Assembly: GCF_046119375.1 (NCBI RefSeq)
Contig: NW_027362762.1
Coordinates: forward strand, 642,506,001-642,570,000
Source: Phyllobates terribilis
Lineage: Eukaryota
Length of the DNA stretch: 64,000 bases
Direction: 5' to 3'
The position numbers were made by a program, and so were the translations under genes. Shown piece after piece: positions 58,937-64,000 of the stretch. Positions within the stretch are counted from its first letter, which is position 1, and every line of letters starts with the position of its first letter. Under the pieces are notes generated by a model that worked only from the letters and a program-made list of their open reading frames with translations, did not search any database and was not told the DNA's origin.

Positions 58937-60026
58937 TGTAGCGCTGGCGTCCCTGCCCTCTGCTAGGCAGGGACGCTGCTCCCCTCACCGCTCTGCTCCG
59001 TGCCCGGCGTCCTCTCCCCGCTCTGCTGTCAGCGCGCGCTCCTTCCCGGCGTCCTCCTCCCGCTCTGCTCTCAGCGCGCGCTCCTTCCCGGCCCCTGTGC
59101 TTAGGGCGCGCGCGCGCGCGCTCCCCTCCTCTTAAAGGGGCCGCGCGCGCCGTCCTAAGGAGTCCCCGGCCAATGGCCGGAGGACTTCATCATATATAAG
59201 GCACCTCCTCCAAAATGGAGGTGCCCGAGCAATGTTGTTTGCACCTGTGTCTCACCTGTGCTTCAGCCCTCAGGTCCCGTTGCCAGTTTCCTGTCAGTTA
59301 CCTGCCAGTTTCCTGCCAGTTACCTGCCTGATTCCTGCCTGAATACTTGTTACCTGTCTGCCAGTCTGGGGTCCGACGGTCTGCCTTACTACTCCTGTCA
59401 GTCTGTCTAAAGGACCAGCCTGCCCGCTCACCTGGGAGCGCACATCAGCTACCTGCCTACTTTCCTGAGGTCCGACGGTCTGCCTTACAACTCCGGTCAG
59501 TCTGTCTATGGACCAGCTTGCCCGCTCACCTGGGAGCGCTTCTCCGTTACCTGCCTGCTTGCCAGCCCGGAGGCTCCGCTGTCACGTGCTGTGACCATCA
59601 GCTACTTCAGACTCTTGTCCGCTCACCTGGGAGCGCTTCTCCGTTACCTGCCTGCTTGCCAGCCCGGAGGCTCCGTTGTCACGTGCTGTGACCATCAGCT
59701 ACTTCAGAGACTCTTGCCCGCTCACCTGGCAGCGCTTCTCCGTTACCTGCCTGCTTGCCAGCCCGGAGGTTCCGCCGTCACGTGCCGTGACCACCTGTTA
59801 TTCCAGAGACTCTCGCTTGCTCACCTGGGAGCACACATCTACCATCTGCCTGCTAGCCTACCCGGAGGCTCTGCCATCACAGGTCGTACCTACCCTTTAC
59901 CCAGAGACTGCCCTGATCACTTGCCGTATCTCCCTGTCCGTTCATCCAGAGACTGCCACCCGCTCCCTTACAAGGGCTGCCCCCTTGTATAGTAGCTCAG
60001 AGGTTCCGCCTCCCAGACCCGTTACA
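58937..60026 (+). repeat. 5' LTR (1090 bp)
   Basis: TGTAGCG...CGTTACA ends. TATATAA at 59193-59199. About five ~98-bp tandem units at 59427-59900. Confidence 0.9.
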
Positions 60027-60028
60027 GT

Positions 60029-60038
60029 TTGCTCGGGC
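60029..60038 (+). promoter_or_regulatory. Self-priming PBS
   Basis: TTGCTCGGGC is the exact reverse complement of GCCCGAGCAA (59223-59232), which starts 30 nt after the TATA box. No TGG tRNA-type PBS is present. Confidence 0.8.
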
Positions 60039-60039
60039 C

Positions 60040-60990
60040 ATGGAACCCGGTGGTACCCAAGCTCCCTCGCTCTCGGACCTCTGTCTTGAACTGTCCCGTC
60101 AGAGGTCCCAACAGGAGGCCATCCTGGGTCACCTGCGGAATGTTAATACTCGCCTGAACACTCTGTCTGCTCCACCAACAACCTCCGCCAGTGCCATATC
60201 TTGCAATCCGGCAGCTCCGCTGCCCACTAATACCATGGTATCCTACCCCGGACCCCGGCTTTCTGCACCTCCTCGCTTCGGAGGCGACTCCGTCCAGGCT
60301 CGGGGCTTCTTAAATCAGTGCACCCTGCATTTTGAACTTTTGTCCTACCAGTTTAACTCCGACCGGGCCAAAATTGCCTTCATCATGTCCCATCTCACCG
60401 GGGAGGCCCTGGCCTGGCTAAATCCTCTATGGGAGAGAGGAGACCCCCTGGTGTCCAACTTGCCTGCTTTTCTCACGGCTTTCCGGAAAGTCTTCGACGA
60501 ACCCGGACGGAAGACCTCATCTGCATCATCGTTGCTACGCCTCCGTCAGGGGAGTCTCACCGTGGGCCAATATGCCATACGGTTCCGTACCCTTGCCTCG
60601 GAGCTGACCTGGGATAACGACGCTCTGGTTTCCGTCTTCTGGGAGGGTCTGTCCGGCCGTATTAAAGATGAACTTGCCGGTCGGGACACTCCTACCACTC
60701 TCGATGACTTAATAACTCTTGCCACCCGGATTGACCTACGGTTCCAGGAGCGTGCCAGAGAGGTCACCCGTGAGAGGAGGTTACCACGTCTAGCTCCTAC
60801 TTTTCAGAAACCCGTCACTCCTTCTGTCTCTAACCAGGTACACCCTCCTGAGCCTATGCAGGTCGACCAGACCAAGATGGTCAAGACCCGTCAGGACTTA
60901 CGCCGTGCCGAGGGGACCTGCTTCTACTGTGGCAGTAAGGAGCACCAGATCCGTGCCTGCCCGGAAAGGTCGGGAAACGCCTGTGTCTAG
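60040..60990 (+). CDS. Gag (316 aa; PEG10/RTL-like capsid, CCHC knuckle)
   Basis: PPRFGGD...RGFLNQC..F...AKIAFIMSHLTGEALAW..LRQGSLTVGQYA..F..LA..W..ALVSVFWEGL, and CFYCGSKEHQIRAC. Confidence 0.95.
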   Translation: MEPGGTQAPSLSDLCLELSRQRSQQEAILGHLRNVNTRLNTLSAPPTTSASAISCNPAAPLPTNTMVSYPGPRLSAPPRFGGDSVQARGFLNQCTLHFELLSYQFNSDRAKIAFIMSHLTGEALAWLNPLWERGDPLVSNLPAFLTAFRKVFDEPGRKTSSASSLLRLRQGSLTVGQYAIRFRTLASELTWDNDALVSVFWEGLSGRIKDELAGRDTPTTLDDLITLATRIDLRFQERAREVTRERRLPRLAPTFQKPVTPSVSNQVHPPEPMQVDQTKMVKTRQDLRRAEGTCFYCGSKEHQIRACPERSGNACV

Positions 60991-63900
60991 GTTCGCTCAG
61001 AGAGGTCCACCTAGACAAGAATAAATCCTCTCCATCCCTGCTGTTGTCAGTTTCAATCGTCTACGGGGAGAACCGTTATTTCGAACTAGCCCAACTGGAC
61101 TCTGGAGCAGCCGGGAATCTTATTTCACAGTCCCTGGCAGAGAAATACCGCATCCCCACCAAACCACTGGCTGTACCCTTGTCTGTGGCTGCCGTGGATG
61201 GGGGGCTCTTACCACGCCCCATCCAACTCATCACCGAATCCATTACTCTGCAGGTGGGAATGCTGCATTCTGAGAGTATCTCCTTTCATGTTCTGCCTGG
61301 ACTCTCTCACGCCCTCTTGCTAGGTCTGCCTTGGCTCCAGAGACATGCACCCGTGCTTGACTGGCAAACCGGAGAAGTCCTTCGCTGGGGACAAGACTGT
61401 CATAAGACCTGCCTGGTTCCCGTCCATCCCGTCCGTCCCTGTCCTACCCCAGCTAGTCTACCTGGACTTCCAATTCCTTATTGGTCTTATGCTGATGTCT
61501 TTAATAAAAAGGAGGCAGAGACATTACCCCCTCATAGACCATACGACTGTCCCATCGACCTGTTACCCGGTACTACTCCTCCCCGTGGGCGTATTTATCC
61601 TTTATCCGCTGCTGAGACCCGGTCGATGTCCGAATATATTGAGGAGAATCTGGCCAGGGGATTCATCCGGAAATCTACCTCCCCGGCGGGAGCAGGCTTC
61701 TTTTTCGTTAAAAAGAAGGACGGCTCTCTCCGTCCCTGTATAGACTATAGAGGCCTAAACCAGATCACGGTGAAGAATAAGTACCCCCTTCCGCTCATTC
61801 CAGAATTATTTGATCGTCTGAGGGGGGCTAGAATCTTCACCAAACTAGACCTCCGTGGGGCGTACAACCTGGTTCGTATCCGTCAAGGGGATGAATGGAA
61901 GACGGCATTCAACACCCGGGACGGCCACTATGAATACCTGGTAATGCCCTTTGGTCTCTGTAACGCTCCTGCCGTTTTTCAAGAGTTGGTCAATGACATC
62001 TTCCGGGACCTTCTCTACTTCTGCGTAGTGGTGTACCTGGACGACATCTTGGTCTTCTCTCCGGATCTCCAGACTCACCGGAGGGACGTTCGTCAGGTCC
62101 TGCTCAGGCTCAGGCAGAATCACCTCTTCGCTAAATACGAGAAGTGCCTCTTTGAGCAGACCTCGCTTCCGTTTTTGGGCTACATTATTTCTCAGACCGG
62201 CCTACGAATGGATCCAGAGAAACTGTCTGCCATCGAGAAATGGCCTCGACCGGAGGGGCTGAAGGCCATTCAGCGGTTCCTGGGCTTCGCCAACTACTAC
62301 CGCCTCTTCATACCACACTTCTCTTCCCGGACTGCCCCAATTTCCGCGCTCACCCGTAAGGGTACTAATCCCAAAGAGTGGCCGCCCGAAGCAGAAGAAG
62401 CCTTTCTTTCCTTAAAACAGGCCTTCTCTTCCGCCCCGGTGCTGCATCGCCCGGACGGCAACAAGCAGTTCTTCCTGGAAGTGGACGCCTCCTCCTCTGG
62501 AGCTGGAGCGGTACTTACTCAAAAATCTTCTTCCGGGAGGATGGTAACTTGCGGCTTCTTCTCTAAACTCTTCTCCTCCTCAGAGCGCAATTATTCCATA
62601 GGAGATCGAGAGTTATTGGCCATCAAACTGGCATTGGAGGAGTGGCGTTACCTGCTTGAGGGGGCTCTTCACCCGGTAATAATTTACACTGACCACAAGA
62701 ACTTGGCTTATCTCCAGCATGCCCAGAGACTTAACCCGCGCCAAGCCCGGTGGTCCTTGTTTTTTGCTCGTTTTGATTTTGTCCTTCATTTTCGCCCGGC
62801 TGACAAAAACGTCAAGGCGGACGCCTTGTCTCGATCCTTTCTGGTATCTGATCTCGAGGAAGATCCGAAACACATCATCGATCCCGCCAGAGTAATGCAG
62901 GTGGCTCCCGTGAGTCTAAATCGTCTTCCTCCCGGAAAGACGTTCGTATCAGTACCTGATCGGGAGAAGATCCTTCACTGGGGTCACTCGTCCAAACTGG
63001 CTGGCCACGCTGGTCAGAAGAAGACCCTCCAGCTTATTTCCCGGCACTACTGGTGGCCTACCCTGCACAAGGATGTAATAGACTTTGTTTCTGCCTGTGT
63101 GTCCTGCGCCCGCAACAAGGTTCCGAGACATCTGCCAGCCGGTCGCCTCCTTCCGCTCCCAGTACCTGCTGCCCCCTGGCAGCATATTGCAATGGACTTC
63201 ATAACCGACCTCCCACTCTCTGCCGGTTGTACGGTCATTTGGGTGGTCGCTGACCGCTTCTCCAAGATGGCTCATTTCGTTCCCCTGCCAGGCCTCCCGT
63301 CTGCACCCGAGCTAGCTAGAGACTTTATTCGTCACATCTTCCGTTTTCATGGCCTGCCCCTCCACATCGTGTCGGATCGTGGGGTACAGTTCACCTCACG
63401 CTTCTGGAGAGCCACTTGTAAACTACTAGACGTCTCCCTGGACTTCTCTTCCGCTTACCACCCACAGTCCAATGGTCAAGTGGAGCGGATCAATCAGAAC
63501 CTGACCAGTTACCTCCGGCACTTCGTTAATGCCCACCATTCTGACTGGGTGGATCTCCTACCATGGGCCGAGTTCTCTTACAATAATCACGAGAGCGAAT
63601 CCTCCTCCAAATCCCCGTTTTTTGTAGTCTTTGGTCAGCATCCTCGGATTCCTTTTCCTGTCTCCACCTCGGTGGACAACCCGGCTGCGGAATCTCTCGT
63701 TAGCAAATTTTCCTCCATTTGGGAGAGTACCCGATCCGCACTCCTTCAGTCTTCCGAGCGTATGAAAAGACACGCTGACAAAAAACGTCTGGACCCTCCT
63801 CAATTCCGTCCTGGGGATAAAGTCTGGCTCTCGTCCAAATATGTCCGGCTCAAGATCCCTTCCTATAAGTTAGGGCCTCGGTTCATCGGCCCACTGGAGG

Positions 63901-64000
63901 TCATCAGTCAGATCAACCCGGTGGCCTATAAATTGAAACTCCCGGCCAACTTACGGATCCCTAACTCCTTCCATGTATCTCTCCTCAAACCTGTGGTACT
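60972..64000 (+). CDS. Pol (PR-RT-RNase H-integrase) reached by -1 frameshift at G GGA AAC; open to the window edge
   Basis: One frame carries LDSGAAGNLIS, SPAGAGFFFVKKKDGSLRPCIDYRGLN, YLDD, EVDAS, MDFITDL, SDRGVQF, NGQVER and PNSFHVSLLKP. Frame was checked at each motif. Absence from the ORF track is consistent with no stop before 64000. Confidence 0.92.

Larger units (their letters stand above)
58937..64000 (+). mobile_element. Ty3/Gypsy LTR retrotransposon of the Tf1/sushi (self-priming) type, apparently intact; continues beyond the window
   Basis: 5' LTR, non-tRNA PBS, open gag and pol. Confidence 0.95.

Overview
Eukaryotic, intron-containing genomic DNA, most likely an anuran amphibian (inferred from the repeat content, not proven). 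The only host gene I can support is the 5' end of CNKSR1 on the minus strand: coding exons 1-3 at 9541-9490, 9355-9198 and 7686-7484 (SAM and CRIC domains). The rest of the gene lies left of the window. A 3.5-kb 28-bp minisatellite with higher-order repeats sits directly upstream of its promoter. The remaining ~54 kb is a deeply nested transposon field: two CR1 LINE fragments, four Tc1/mariner copies, an internally deleted hAT element carrying a Penelope-like element (PLE), Harbinger remnants and MITEs, a Helitron-like element, five solo LTRs, a disrupted Ty3/Gypsy provirus, a 56-bp satellite, and an apparently intact self-priming Tf1/sushi-type LTR retrotransposon running off the right edge. 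The most interesting features are: a ~3-kb non-coding PLE-derived element with 770-bp near-perfect inverted arms, each carrying an intact hammerhead ribozyme; a second PLE with a promoter-plus-hammerhead module; the self-priming PBS and frameshift pseudoknot of the open gag-pol element; and insertion orders readable from target-site duplications. Most long ORFs in the supplied track (9.9-13.4, 30.8-32.7, 47-48.7, 56-58 kb) are tandem-repeat artefacts. No database searches or folding computations were run, so family names rest on motif recognition.
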